64,000 nt of DNA from Cenarchaeum sp. (GTDB lineage Archaea; Thermoproteota; Nitrososphaeria; Nitrososphaerales; Nitrosopumilaceae), in contig OZ242221.1 in assembly GCA_965206845.1 (NCBI GenBank), forward strand, positions 384,001-448,000. Reading direction: 5' to 3'. Below are positions 30,961 through 40,964 of the stretch, piece after piece. The notes beneath the pieces were generated by a model. It was not told where the DNA came from. It saw nothing but the letters and a program-made list of their open reading frames with translations, and did not search any database. Each line of letters begins with the position of its first letter. Positions within the stretch are counted from its first letter, which is position 1. Both the position numbers and the translations under genes were made by a program.

Positions 30961-31698
30961 ATGAACAAACCAAACCTGCGAATCCACATCGCTCCCGTCG
31001 GCTACGAGATTGACAGGATCGTGCTTCCCGCAAGGGAGAGGCGGGCCGACCGGGTCTACCTAATGGTACACGAGAATCCGGGACAGGACAGGGCGCTCGG
31101 GTTCATCGAGGCGGTAAAGGAGAGGCTGGAGGAGCAGAGTATCGAGGTCAGGACGGCAGACCACGACCGCCTGGATCTCTTCAGCATCATAAAGGCGGTC
31201 AAGGAGATAATAAGAGGCGAGTGTGGCAACAACGTCTATGTCAACCTGGCCTCGGGATCCAAGATTCAGGCCGTCGGAGGCATGATGGCATGCATGATGT
31301 TCAACGAGGAGAACAACGTGATACCGTTCTATGTGGAGGCAGAGGAGTACGCGAGCCCCCAGAACGAGCAGAGCTCAAGCGGGATCAGGGAGATCATGGA
31401 CATTCCCCCATACGAGATTCAAAAGCCGGCAGAGAGGCTGATCAGGGCGCTAAGGATAGTGCGTGACAAGGGGAGGATCAGCAAGAAGGAGATGGCCGAC
31501 CTGTGCGACGAGGAGGGAATAATCAAGGTGGATCCAAAAAAGACGAGTCGCTCCCAGGCGCTGTTCACAAGCCTGGACATGAACATAATACAGCCGCTAA
31601 AGGTCCAGTGGGGGTTTATAGAGGAGGAGAAGATCGGCAGAAACCGCTGGCTTGAGATTACCGAGGATGGCAAGAATGCCGCAAAGTTTCTGATCTAG
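30961..31698 (+). CDS. CARF-like Rossmann + winged-HTH transcription regulator (DUF6293/HFX_2341-like)
   Basis: HIAPVGYEIDRI, ADRVYL, CARF-type VNLASGSK, C-terminal wHTH ISKKEMA...KIGRNRWLEITEDG. Confidence 0.8.
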   Translation: MNKPNLRIHIAPVGYEIDRIVLPARERRADRVYLMVHENPGQDRALGFIEAVKERLEEQSIEVRTADHDRLDLFSIIKAVKEIIRGECGNNVYVNLASGSKIQAVGGMMACMMFNEENNVIPFYVEAEEYASPQNEQSSSGIREIMDIPPYEIQKPAERLIRALRIVRDKGRISKKEMADLCDEEGIIKVDPKKTSRSQALFTSLDMNIIQPLKVQWGFIEEEKIGRNRWLEITEDGKNAAKFLI

Positions 31699-31770
31699 GC
31701 CGTGCTAGTATGTCCGGGCATGGTATGGCCTGGCCGCGTGGCAGACCGGCCCGGCACGCGGCCGCCCGGG

Positions 31771-32268
31771 CTAGCCGCCCGTGAGCCTTGCAAACTTTTC
31801 GTTCTTGCTGAGCTTCTCCATGAACTCGATGTTGGAGAGCGCAACCACGGCAGACTCGACCACCGGCGGGTCGGGATCGTCTAGCGCCCTCTCCAGGGCC
31901 TGCCTGGCATCCCTGTTTCCGATTACGCCCAGCGCTATCGCCGCCTCGTGCCTTACAAACATGCTGGAGTCGTTCAGGGTGGCATCCTCAAGGTGTTTTA
32001 CGCCGCCGGCGTATCCCATCTGGCCCAGGGAGAAGGCCGCCTCGTGCCTGACCAGCTCGTTTGGATCGCTCTTGAGGATCCGGGCGATGTGCGGTATCTT
32101 GTCTTCCCCGCCAAAGTCCGCCAGGATGCAGGTGGCTCGCGTTCGCACCACATAGTCGCCGTGTCCCAGCAGGCCGGCAAAGTATCCGGTATCGCCCCGC
32201 TCGTATCTCTCCTCCATCTCCACAAGGGCGTCAAGCCGCTCCTGTGTTACCACACGGTTACCGCTCAT
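31771..32268 (-). CDS. HEAT-repeat (PBS lyase/DOHH-like) protein
   Basis: VRHEAAFSLG and VRHEAAIALG repeats. Confidence 0.8.
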   Translation of the reverse strand: MSGNRVVTQERLDALVEMEERYERGDTGYFAGLLGHGDYVVRTRATCILADFGGEDKIPHIARILKSDPNELVRHEAAFSLGQMGYAGGVKHLEDATLNDSSMFVRHEAAIALGVIGNRDARQALERALDDPDPPVVESAVVALSNIEFMEKLSKNEKFARLTGG

Positions 32269-32383
32269 ATGGAGGGCGGATCCATGGCACTATATTATTC
32301 TAGTCGAGAGCGGCGCACCGGCCCGGAGCCAGTGACGTGCCTGACAAGTACCTTTTTTAATACAAAACCAGGCAAGTGATAGC

Positions 32384-33043
32384 ATGCTTGCCAGAGTAGG
32401 CCAAATGGCGCCCAACCTGCACATCTCGGAGTGGGTTCAGGGGATGCCCACAAACCTGGATCAGGAGAAGGACAAGATCGTCCTGGTGGAGGTGTTCCAG
32501 GTAAACTGCCCGGGATGCTTCCTGTACGGCATACCCAGCGCCATCGACATCTACAACGAGTATGCAGATGACGGCGTCCGCGTGCTGGGACTGGCAACGG
32601 CGTTTGAGGACTATGACAAGAACACCCTGGACAACCTCAGGATGCTGGCAGAGACAGGCGAGGTGGTGGGCGAGACCAGGACGGCCCTGTCCCAGCACAG
32701 CCAGCTGGACCAGGACAGGCTCAAGTACAAAATCCCGTTCCCGCTTGCAATGGACCAGGTCGCTAGGAGTAACGGCGAGGTGAGCCAAGAGAAGATCATG
32801 GACTTTATCACCGCCCAGATTCCGGACTTTGACTCGCACCCCCCGGAGAACCGGCAGCAGGTAATTCAGAAGGTTCGGGACTACATGGGAGCAAAGGAGT
32901 ACACGGCAGAGACATTTGAGATGTACGCCCTACAGGGAACCCCGTCCACAATCCTGGTGGACAGAGAGGGCGTGCTCAGGGACGTGTCCTTTGGACAGGG
33001 CACGAATCTAAGACACACGATTCAGAAGCTGCTCGCGGAATAG
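32384..33043 (+). CDS. Thioredoxin-fold redoxin (TlpA/AhpC-like)
   Basis: VEVFQVNCPGC; GTPSTILVD. Confidence 0.85.
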   Translation: MLARVGQMAPNLHISEWVQGMPTNLDQEKDKIVLVEVFQVNCPGCFLYGIPSAIDIYNEYADDGVRVLGLATAFEDYDKNTLDNLRMLAETGEVVGETRTALSQHSQLDQDRLKYKIPFPLAMDQVARSNGEVSQEKIMDFITAQIPDFDSHPPENRQQVIQKVRDYMGAKEYTAETFEMYALQGTPSTILVDREGVLRDVSFGQGTNLRHTIQKLLAE

Positions 33044-33101
33044 GGCATCAGAACACGGCACCATCAGCAGTTATGGCAGGACCTAATCAGCATTCGCGCA
33101 G

Positions 33102-33557
33102 TCAGGCAGCTACGGATATCCGGCCCTTTATCTCCTTGTCCTGGATGATTCGCGGGTGTGAGGGATCCGCCAGAATTATCTCAAACCAGTGGTGCCTGCC
33201 GTCCTTGTAGACAAAGTACGAGCCTAGAAGATTCAGGTTCGGGTATCTTTGAAGAATGCGGTTCTCTGCCACCTGTCTCATGCTTACGTCTGCCTTGATG
33301 CGGGTAACACCAAGGTGCTTGGGTCTCCGTCCACCGCGTGGACGCCGTCTTCTCATTCCTCCGACTCCGACCCTCATTCGAACCACGATGATTCCCTGCT
33401 TTGCCTTGTACCCCAGGCGGCGGGCACGCTGTATCCGGCTGGGCTTCTCTATCCGGGTGACTGCGTTCTCCCGCCTCCAGATGACTGCCCGGCTTCTCAG
33501 CTCCGGCGAGTTCTCTTTTAGCATATTGATCCATGTTTGATCCTGGCGTGTAGGCAT
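33102..33557 (-). CDS. rpl15e: 50S ribosomal protein L15e
   Basis: RARRLGYKAKQG, RPRGGRRPK, WFEIILADPSHP. Confidence 0.95.
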   Translation of the reverse strand: MPTRQDQTWINMLKENSPELRSRAVIWRRENAVTRIEKPSRIQRARRLGYKAKQGIIVVRMRVGVGGMRRRRPRGGRRPKHLGVTRIKADVSMRQVAENRILQRYPNLNLLGSYFVYKDGRHHWFEIILADPSHPRIIQDKEIKGRISVAA

Positions 33558-33704
33558 TTCGCAGATTAAAGCACGCCGAGTGTCATACATATACCTTTAG
33601 ATATGAGATCGGTCGCGGAACAGCCCACTGCCGTGGAGCACCGTGCCGCATCCATCAGGAGGCATGTCTTGGATGAGTCGAATTCGACAGGCAGAGGTGC
33701 GGCG

Positions 33705-34439
33705 CTAGGACTCTGCGGACTGGGATCTTCTTCTTGCCCTTCTGTCCAGCACCCTGATCAGGTACAGCAGGATAATTACCACGGCGGCAATTGTGGCTGC
33801 AGCGGATATTCCGACGAGCAGGCCCGAAGAGGCGCCGGCAGATGGGTCCTGCTCCGGTACGTCCGGCGCTTCTGCATCCGGATCCTGGGCATCGGGTGCG
33901 GGCTTGTCTGTGGGTGGCGCGTCCGGTGTGGGTTTGTCTGCAGGTGGTTCATCAGGTGCTGGTTTGTCAGCAGGTGGCTCGTCCGGTGTGGGTTTGTCTG
34001 CAGGTGGGGAGTCGGATATGGGCTCTGGCGTGTCCGCGCCCAGCCTGGTTCCAATTACATCCACGGAGAGCGTTCCGCCTTCAAGTGCGAGCCGGATGGT
34101 TCTGCTCTGCTCTGTTGTCGCAACTTCTACGACATCCACAATGCGGCCGCCATCGGCAATAGCGAAGAACTCCTCGTCGCCGTCGTCGGATACCGCATCA
34201 AACAGGGCCCGCTCAAGCGTGATCTCCAGGATCCCGGAGGGATCGGCAACCAGCACGTCAAAGGACAGCAGGGCGATATCCGGATCCGGTAAAACCTGAA
34301 GTACCTCCACATTCTGGGCATCGTACTGTACGGAGTACGCTGTGCCGTCCACATCAACGGGTATGTCTCCCGGCTCGGCGCCCGCATACAGCGGCACCAT
34401 TGCCATCAGCAACGCCAGAACGACAGGTTTTCTTATCAA
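33705..34439 (-). CDS. Surface protein: signal peptide, thaumarchaeal extracellular domain, Pro-rich linker, C-terminal TM anchor
   Basis: LEITLERALFDA...EEFFAIADG...RTI domain; TM helix followed by a basic tail. Confidence 0.75.
   Translation of the reverse strand: MIRKPVVLALLMAMVPLYAGAEPGDIPVDVDGTAYSVQYDAQNVEVLQVLPDPDIALLSFDVLVADPSGILEITLERALFDAVSDDGDEEFFAIADGGRIVDVVEVATTEQSRTIRLALEGGTLSVDVIGTRLGADTPEPISDSPPADKPTPDEPPADKPAPDEPPADKPTPDAPPTDKPAPDAQDPDAEAPDVPEQDPSAGASSGLLVGISAAATIAAVVIILLYLIRVLDRRARRRSQSAES
33890..34010 (-). repeat. Four 30-bp tandem repeats encoding PP(A/T)DKP(T/A)PD(E/A)
   Basis: Visible directly in both DNA and protein. Confidence 0.85.
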
Positions 34440-34495
34440 TACTGGTTGGACTTGGCAAATCCAACTTAAAAAGTGTGATATGCGGGGCAGCGCAT

Positions 34496-35428
34496 CTAGA
34501 TTACCCCTCTCAGAATCTGAATGATCTTCTCTGCCACGATGTTTGCAGCCAGTGTCTGGGCCTCGACCGTCTGGGCCCCCATGTGCGGTGTCAGGATCAC
34601 GTTATCAAGCTCTGTCAGCCGGTGGCCCGTCGCAGGCTCGCTCTCAAACACGTCCAGTGCCGCTCCCCCCAGCCTCCCGTCTTTGAGCGCGCCGTACAGC
34701 GCATCCTCGTCAACTATCCCGCCCCGGGATGTGTTGATTATCTTTGCCGTGGGCTTCATCAGGGAGAGCTTCTCTTCGTTGATCATGTGGTATGTCGACT
34801 TCAATAGCGGCACATGCAGTGAGATGTAATCCGAGCTTTGGAGAAGCGTATCCAGATCGGTTTTGAGCATGCCCACGTCACGGGAGAACTCCTTGTCCAC
34901 GGGAACCACGTCGTAGCCTATGATGTTCATGTTGAGGCCCCTGGCAAGCCGCCCCAGCCGCTTTCCGATGTTCCCAAGTCCCACTATGCCCAGGTACTTG
35001 CCCTTCAGCTCGGATCCCGCAGCCTGCTTCTTCAGCCACTGGCCGTTCCGCATTGCCCGGTCCATCCGCGGAACCTGCCTTGCCAGCCCCAGCATCAGGC
35101 CCAAGACGAGCTCTGCCACCGCGGTCATGGCGCCCTCGGCGGCATTGATTACGCGGATCTCGCCTGCCTTTGCCGCGTCAAGATCGACGTTGTCAAGGCC
35201 CACACCGACCCGGGCGATGATCTTGCACCTACTGGCCCTGCCTATCAGATCCTTTGTGAGCTTGGTTCTGCTCCGCACTATCACTATGTCAAACCGGGCT
35301 ATCTCTTCGGACAGCTGGGCCGGCGTGATCTCCGGCTCGTAGGTCACCTTCAGGCCGTTCTCCGTCAGAATCCGTCCCAGGATGCTATCCACCTTGTCAC
35401 ATATCAGTACGTCTTGGTCAAAAGTCAA
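34496..35428 (-). CDS. serA: D-3-phosphoglycerate dehydrogenase-like 2-hydroxyacid dehydrogenase
   Basis: VRSRT, RVGVGLDNVD, GLGNIG, INTSRG, ALDVF..EP, TPHMGA. Confidence 0.88.
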   Translation of the reverse strand: MTFDQDVLICDKVDSILGRILTENGLKVTYEPEITPAQLSEEIARFDIVIVRSRTKLTKDLIGRASRCKIIARVGVGLDNVDLDAAKAGEIRVINAAEGAMTAVAELVLGLMLGLARQVPRMDRAMRNGQWLKKQAAGSELKGKYLGIVGLGNIGKRLGRLARGLNMNIIGYDVVPVDKEFSRDVGMLKTDLDTLLQSSDYISLHVPLLKSTYHMINEEKLSLMKPTAKIINTSRGGIVDEDALYGALKDGRLGGAALDVFESEPATGHRLTELDNVILTPHMGAQTVEAQTLAANIVAEKIIQILRGVI

Positions 35429-35605
35429 CGGTAATCCGTTATTTGAACAAGATATAAAGCTGTTATGTCCGATGCCGGATCCCTGGCGTGGTTCCCAACC
35501 AGGATCTCAGTCCGTTGCGACCCGCCCGGGTGTGCGCGGGCGCAGCCCGGCGCGGCGGCGCAAAGAAAGCGTATTTTTATTGGTGCACGCCGCACCATAC
35601 ACGGT

Positions 35606-36838
35606 GTGAGACGGCAAGAAGATGTGGTTCTCTTGGGGCTGGCAGCGGCGCTGCTCTTTGCCGCAGGCTCTGCGGGCATGCAGACTGCCGGTGCGGCAGG
35701 GGACGGGGTCGAGGTGCTGGAGACTGTCGGCTTTTTTGACTCGCGCGGCACGTATACGGTTGTGGGATCCGTCAAGAACCACGAACCGTACCACATAGTG
35801 CCCAGGATCACCGTCAGCGTGCTGGACGGGAGCGCAACCGTAACCGAGTCGTTTCTGCACATGCCGGTGGCCCCATCAGGCGAGATGCCCTTCAGGGTAG
35901 GGCTGGCAGTGTCTGGCGACTCGCCCATACTCCTGGCACCGGAGGTATCCTACGTCGCCATACAGAGGAGCCCCACCAGCATCCAGGTCATATACGATAA
36001 GACCCTCATAGTGCACGACGACGGGCACCTGACGGGGCGGGTGATCAACGTCGGCAACGACACCATGCACAACGTCAGCATCCTTGCGGTAATGCACGGC
36101 ACGGACCACCGCGTCCTTGATGCAGGCCGGAGCGCAGAGCTGATCGGCAGCATGGGGCCCGGAGAGATCCTCGGGTTCTCCATGTATCCGGATCCCGCCG
36201 TATCCGAGGAGATCTTCTACTACAGCTGCTTTGCCATTACCGACTCGTTTGTCAAGCCGGTCTACACCGAGAGAAACGGCAGCAAGTTCTACTTCAGGTA
36301 CGAGTCCGGATCGTGGTACGCGTACCCGGCGTTCAACGAGGGGGGGACGGAGCTTCGCATGCGGACGCAGAACAGCTTCCCGCTTGAGACCTATGCAAAC
36401 TTTGAGTTTCCGGTGTTCGACGAGGGCGAGAGGTTTGCCGTGTTTGTAAACGGCCAGCAGAAGGAGATAATCCAGAGCGTGGACGAGTGGGGAAGCTGGC
36501 ATGTTGCGTTTGTCGTGGATGCCCGGGAGAGCGGGGACATCCTGATAACCGGCTTTGAGGAGGGCTGGGAGCTGGGAGACAGCATACTCATTCCGGACTG
36601 GATGAGGACCAACGCCCTCTGGTGGTCAGGCCAGGAGGGAGGCGACGAGGTGTTTCTCATGGGGATCAAGTTCCTGGTGGATGAGGGGATCATCCAGGGG
36701 GCAGAAAACACAGGTGACGCTGCGGTTCCCGGATGGGTAAAGTGGGTTGCCGCGCTGTGGGCCGACGGGCAGATAGACGACGCGACGTTTGTGGCCGGAA
36801 TGGAGTACCTCATAGGGGCAGGAGTCATACGTGTGTGA
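35606..36838 (+). CDS. Secreted protein with C-terminal thaumarchaeal IPxW...WW repeats
   Basis: Signal peptide; IPDWMRTNALWWS...FLVDEGII and VPGWVKWVAALWADGQIDDATF...YLI. Confidence 0.75.
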   Translation: MRRQEDVVLLGLAAALLFAAGSAGMQTAGAAGDGVEVLETVGFFDSRGTYTVVGSVKNHEPYHIVPRITVSVLDGSATVTESFLHMPVAPSGEMPFRVGLAVSGDSPILLAPEVSYVAIQRSPTSIQVIYDKTLIVHDDGHLTGRVINVGNDTMHNVSILAVMHGTDHRVLDAGRSAELIGSMGPGEILGFSMYPDPAVSEEIFYYSCFAITDSFVKPVYTERNGSKFYFRYESGSWYAYPAFNEGGTELRMRTQNSFPLETYANFEFPVFDEGERFAVFVNGQQKEIIQSVDEWGSWHVAFVVDARESGDILITGFEEGWELGDSILIPDWMRTNALWWSGQEGGDEVFLMGIKFLVDEGIIQGAENTGDAAVPGWVKWVAALWADGQIDDATFVAGMEYLIGAGVIRV

Positions 36839-36967
36839 TGCGCCGCGCAACAAAGGGCTACAGCAACATCTGCTACGCCACTGGGCCCTGCCGGTACCAC
36901 GGTCTGCATCTGGCGCGGCGCCGATCAAAACTGAGGTTTTTAAGGACAGCGTCACAGGATATACCAA

Positions 36968-37597
36968 ATGAACCGATACGCCCTGATGGTGCCATGCCTT
37001 GCCGTCCTGTGCGCGGCCCTCCCGGCAGCACATGCCGCTGACATCTCCATCGAGACCGCGCAGGAGATCTACTACTACGGGGATCGCCTCACGTATACGG
37101 TAACAGTAAGCGAGGTGACAGGCGAGCCGGCATTCCTGTACATTGTGGATGCCGGCGGCACGAAGAGCTCGGCCATCCCGCTGCCGGTGTCCCAGCCGGT
37201 AACCGAGTTTGTGTCGCCGTTTCCGTTTGAGGCCGCCACGTACCAGGTGGGCGGGTGGACACTGGAGATATACTACGGCGAGTCCCAGAGCGAGGCCGCA
37301 TTTACCCTAATGGACTCCGGGCGGGCGGTGATTCCCACCTGGATCAAGGACGCCGGAAGGCTGTGGATCGCCGGAGCAAGCGAGGAGTACTACCTGTCCG
37401 CAATCGAGTACCTGGTTGACCAGGGCATACTGCAGGTTGACGCACCGCCGGCGCCAGACGACGGCAGGGCGTCAATCCCCGAATGGGTGAAAGTCATAAC
37501 GGCGTGGTGGATCCAGGGGCATGTTGCGGATCACGAGTATGCGAGCGCCATCGAGTACCTGATCAACCACGGGGCCATAAGGGTCGGCCAACAATGA
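36968..37597 (+). CDS. Secreted protein with IPxW...WW repeats
   Basis: Signal peptide; IPTWIK..GRLW and IPEWVKVITAWW...YLI. Confidence 0.75.
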   Translation: MNRYALMVPCLAVLCAALPAAHAADISIETAQEIYYYGDRLTYTVTVSEVTGEPAFLYIVDAGGTKSSAIPLPVSQPVTEFVSPFPFEAATYQVGGWTLEIYYGESQSEAAFTLMDSGRAVIPTWIKDAGRLWIAGASEEYYLSAIEYLVDQGILQVDAPPAPDDGRASIPEWVKVITAWWIQGHVADHEYASAIEYLINHGAIRVGQQ

Positions 37598-38115
37598 ACC
37601 CGCACACGATAATTGTAGCCATCGCGTCAGTAGTAATTGCCGGTACCGTCGCATTCTCTGCATCTGGCGTGGTGGTGGCAGACGGCATCCGGCTGGGGGC
37701 GCCTGACGACGAGGGTTTCAGCTACTTTAGGATGATCAACGGAGAGAAGGTCTCGGTGTGCAATCCCACCATGCTCTACGCACGCATCAACGGCCTGGAC
37801 ATCACCATCATCAACGGGGGCAGCCAGATAGGCCAGCTAAGCCTTCCTGGAAGGTTCCTGGAGCCGAACTCCGCATATGTGGAGCAGGGCCAGTTTACGA
37901 CCGGCGTCCAAGAGGAGATCCAGTACCTCGCGCTGCACTTTGATGCCATGGCAAACGATGTCATACCGCAGCGCATCGATCCGGCCTCGCTGGTCATCAC
38001 CACGGAGGTGCGGGCGAGCATACTGGGCTTTGTGCCATACTCTGCAACCAAGAGCTACCAGGCATTTGACTTCATAGACATGATGAACGGGATCGGAGAA
38101 GAGCACCCCTGCTAG
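37594..38115 (+). CDS. Membrane-anchored hypothetical protein
   Basis: MNPHTIIV N-terminal TM helix; ATGA overlap with the upstream gene. Confidence 0.65.
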   Translation: MNPHTIIVAIASVVIAGTVAFSASGVVVADGIRLGAPDDEGFSYFRMINGEKVSVCNPTMLYARINGLDITIINGGSQIGQLSLPGRFLEPNSAYVEQGQFTTGVQEEIQYLALHFDAMANDVIPQRIDPASLVITTEVRASILGFVPYSATKSYQAFDFIDMMNGIGEEHPC

Positions 38116-38152
38116 AGGGTCTCAAAAATAAAAAAAGGTATAGTGTATCGGG

Positions 38153-39580
38153 TTACAGAAGTCCTGCGGATTCCAGAATCGGAGGTAGTACTTCCCACAA
38201 TGCTACTGCACCATCTGCCTGGATTTCGGCTGCACGCTCGTCGGTATACAGTCCGTGAACGTTGGTTGCCGGGTGGGCGATGCTGTTCATGCCTGTTGGA
38301 GGTACTGCATCACTTGGGTTGCCCAGCACGTATGCGTATGACGGTACGGGCTCTGGGATTACGCCAAGGCTGACTAGTGTCGGGTTCAGGCTGAAGGGAT
38401 CTCCTGCCACAAAGACAGTGAGCGCTCCAGTGTAGATTGCGGCATAGTCGTGGTTGACTGCTGCGTATGTTCCGGGCTCGTCAAATACTAGATCAACGAT
38501 CATGTTCTGAGAACCGCCAAGCAGCCACGTCTCGGTTGCAGCGGACTGCACCCTGTTACCCTGTACCACACGATCCAGAATCTCGCCCACTATGTGGAAG
38601 AACACGGGCTCGTTGCCCTGGTTCTCGACGAAGATTCTTACGTGCTGGTCAAGCTCTACATAGAGAAGCTGCGACTGGTACTGCTTTAGTGCGACATCAT
38701 TCCATGGCTGGGCCACGAAGATGTTATCGTCCATGGATCCTGCAATAAGCAGGTTGTGCACTCCGTTTGGAACGTAGTTGAACGGTATTCCGTTGACGAC
38801 TGAGCCTGTGTTGTGATGTTCAAACATTGCCTCTGCATCGTAGAATCCTGCGCCAGTAAGATACATCTGGCTGTACTGCAGTTGGAACTCCAGTGCGTCT
38901 GCATCATAGAACTGTCTGTCCACCTCGCCGCTGCCGCTGGTCTTCTCAACCATCAGTCTCTTGTAGCCGTCTGCTGGGTCGACTATGGTAATGCCATACA
39001 TACCCGAGAGTACGTGCTGGTCCATTGCCACCAGGTCGACACCTGAGCAGTGGTACTTGAATACGCCGGCAGAGTGTGCAATGTAGCAGAATGCTCTGGA
39101 CTCTCCGGGCTGTACAGCGCCGAAGGTTGCAGATGACACCTGTGATGCATGCATGTCGTTTCCGTGTGCCGTTGTCTCGTCAGCAGGGATGGTAAGCGTC
39201 ATCTTGATGACATCACCCTGTGTGACGCGGATCGTCGGACCTGGAACCTGATCGTTGAAGACCATTGCCTGGAACAGCTTTGGCTCTTCAGCCGTGTGTC
39301 CCAGCATGGGCAGTGCAACGCTGGTACCTATCAGCTGAAAGTCGTGAACCGTGCGGCCACTCTCTTCCAGTGCGGTGCAGTCTGTCTCGGCAAATGCGCT
39401 TGGCATTACGAGTTCCAGACCGCCCATGGCGTGGATCTGTTCTAATACGTCGATATCCATTGCTTCAAGGTCAAGTGTTTGACCGGCAATCTGTGTCTGT
39501 GTGTAGTTACTTCCAAGCAGTGTTGCTCCCATTACTGCTACTGCAGCAACGGTAAACATCATGCTTAAACGTCTATTCAT
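38153..39580 (-). CDS. nirK: Copper-containing nitrite reductase (archaeal type)
   Basis: VPGPTIRVTQGD, HGNDMH, YHC...H...GMYG, FHIVGE, AVNHD copper ligands. Confidence 0.9.
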   Translation of the reverse strand: MNRRLSMMFTVAAVAVMGATLLGSNYTQTQIAGQTLDLEAMDIDVLEQIHAMGGLELVMPSAFAETDCTALEESGRTVHDFQLIGTSVALPMLGHTAEEPKLFQAMVFNDQVPGPTIRVTQGDVIKMTLTIPADETTAHGNDMHASQVSSATFGAVQPGESRAFCYIAHSAGVFKYHCSGVDLVAMDQHVLSGMYGITIVDPADGYKRLMVEKTSGSGEVDRQFYDADALEFQLQYSQMYLTGAGFYDAEAMFEHHNTGSVVNGIPFNYVPNGVHNLLIAGSMDDNIFVAQPWNDVALKQYQSQLLYVELDQHVRIFVENQGNEPVFFHIVGEILDRVVQGNRVQSAATETWLLGGSQNMIVDLVFDEPGTYAAVNHDYAAIYTGALTVFVAGDPFSLNPTLVSLGVIPEPVPSYAYVLGNPSDAVPPTGMNSIAHPATNVHGLYTDERAAEIQADGAVALWEVLPPILESAGLL

Positions 39581-40044
39581 TAGATTGGTGCTTATACCAA
39601 ACTATATAAAAGTACTAACTTTGGCCGCTATGTCCAGCATACACATACCGCCCCTGACCCGTTGTGTTCCACTGGCGCATACCCCATCATACCAAAGAGT
39701 ACGTTAGCCTAGTGATGGTGGCCTCCTCAGGTAGCACCTGCCGGATCTGGTTCCAAACATGTCGATGTCGACGGGTGGACACGCCGCGAGGCAGTCCCCC
39801 TCCCCCAAGGCGCCTGCCTGGCCTGGCTCCAGACACCGTCTTGTGGGCAGTGTGGAGAACAGGCAAATCCTACAGGAGTGGCATAAGGATGAAGGTGGAA
39901 CGGATGCATGTCTGCTGGAACCAGATGCCGCAGGGACGCTCACCTGAGCCCGTGTCCGGGCCGCCGGAGCGAACCGGGACGGCATGAAGCATGGCCCATC
40001 TTGAGGGCGCAGGCGGCGCCACGCAGGCCTAAACAAATACAGAT

Positions 40045-40832
40045 ATGAAGCAGGCAGCAACGCGAAGAGGCATGCACAAGACACCGGCTGAGCTGGCATC
40101 AGAGAGGCAGGTTCGCGTCAACCTGATTGCGGGCCGTGAAGGGTGCGTCAACAGATGCGTCCCTGATCTCTTTGGCCGGCGGTACTCAAGCGTGCTGTAT
40201 GTCGGGCCAACAAAAAATGACAGCACTTCCTGAACTGTTTTGAAGAATCCGGCTACAGAAGGATTGTAATCCTTGAGGCGTTCCGGGAGAATTACGAGTT
40301 CCTTAAGGAAAAGTTTGAGGCAAAGAATCCCGACACATACCAGAGATGTGATTCGTAATTAGCACGCAGGCACATTAGAGCACGATCTTTGGCATAATCA
40401 TACGAAAGTTGCATGCTTTGGAGCATATATCTGTAAGATTATGGGCATCAAAGGTTCGATTCTTAATTGCGGATCATGTCTCAGGTCGTCTGGGGGAAGG
40501 TGCAGGAGATTGAGAGGCTCCCGCTGGGGCGCTTTGACGTGGTCTTCTTCTGGCACGGCCCGGAACACCTGCAGGAGCGTCAGATATCCCCAACGTTGGA
40601 GAAGCTGGAGCTCATCTGCAACCACCTAGTGGTCTGCGGGATGCCCTTTGGGTTCTATGAGCAGGGGCCGGAGTACGGGAATCCCTTCGAGACGCACCAA
40701 TCACACATCTATCCCCCGTTCCTGGAGGGGCTGGGCTACAAGACCGAGACTCTGGGGAACCGAGACCAGATGGGGGCCAACACTACCGCCTGGAAGTATG
40801 CGAGAGGGGCGCCCGCCACCGAGTCTGCATAG
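40045..40832 (+). pseudogene. Class I SAM-methyltransferase-like gene, frameshifted and split by a MITE
   Basis: Reconstructed VLYVG(A)N...IVILEAFRENY...TYQ|VVWG...FDVVFFWHGPEHL; frameshift and stop near 40207-40220; insertion at 40344-40481. Confidence 0.6.
40344..40481. mobile_element. 138-bp MITE
   Basis: Imperfect TIRs agatgtgattcgtaatta / agacatgatccgcaatta (14/18), flanked by cag...cag. Removing the element restores tac-cag-gtc in frame. Confidence 0.7.
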
Positions 40833-40964
40833 CCGCGGATCCTTGTGTGCGCCGAGCAAGAAGGCATCCACGGGCCGGAACGGATCAGGACGGTGTGGGC
40901 CATGACCTGCCACAAACGCCGGGGCGCATACAAAAGGAAATTAAGTGGAAAAGTATTCCACAGC

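Noticed and set aside
33890-34010. 30-bp periodic repeats as a mini-CRISPR
   Set aside because: They are contiguous in-frame coding repeats of a Pro-rich linker with no spacers.
39664-40040. Short ORFs upstream of nirK as genes or transposase remnants
   Set aside because: No recognisable motif or consistent frame.
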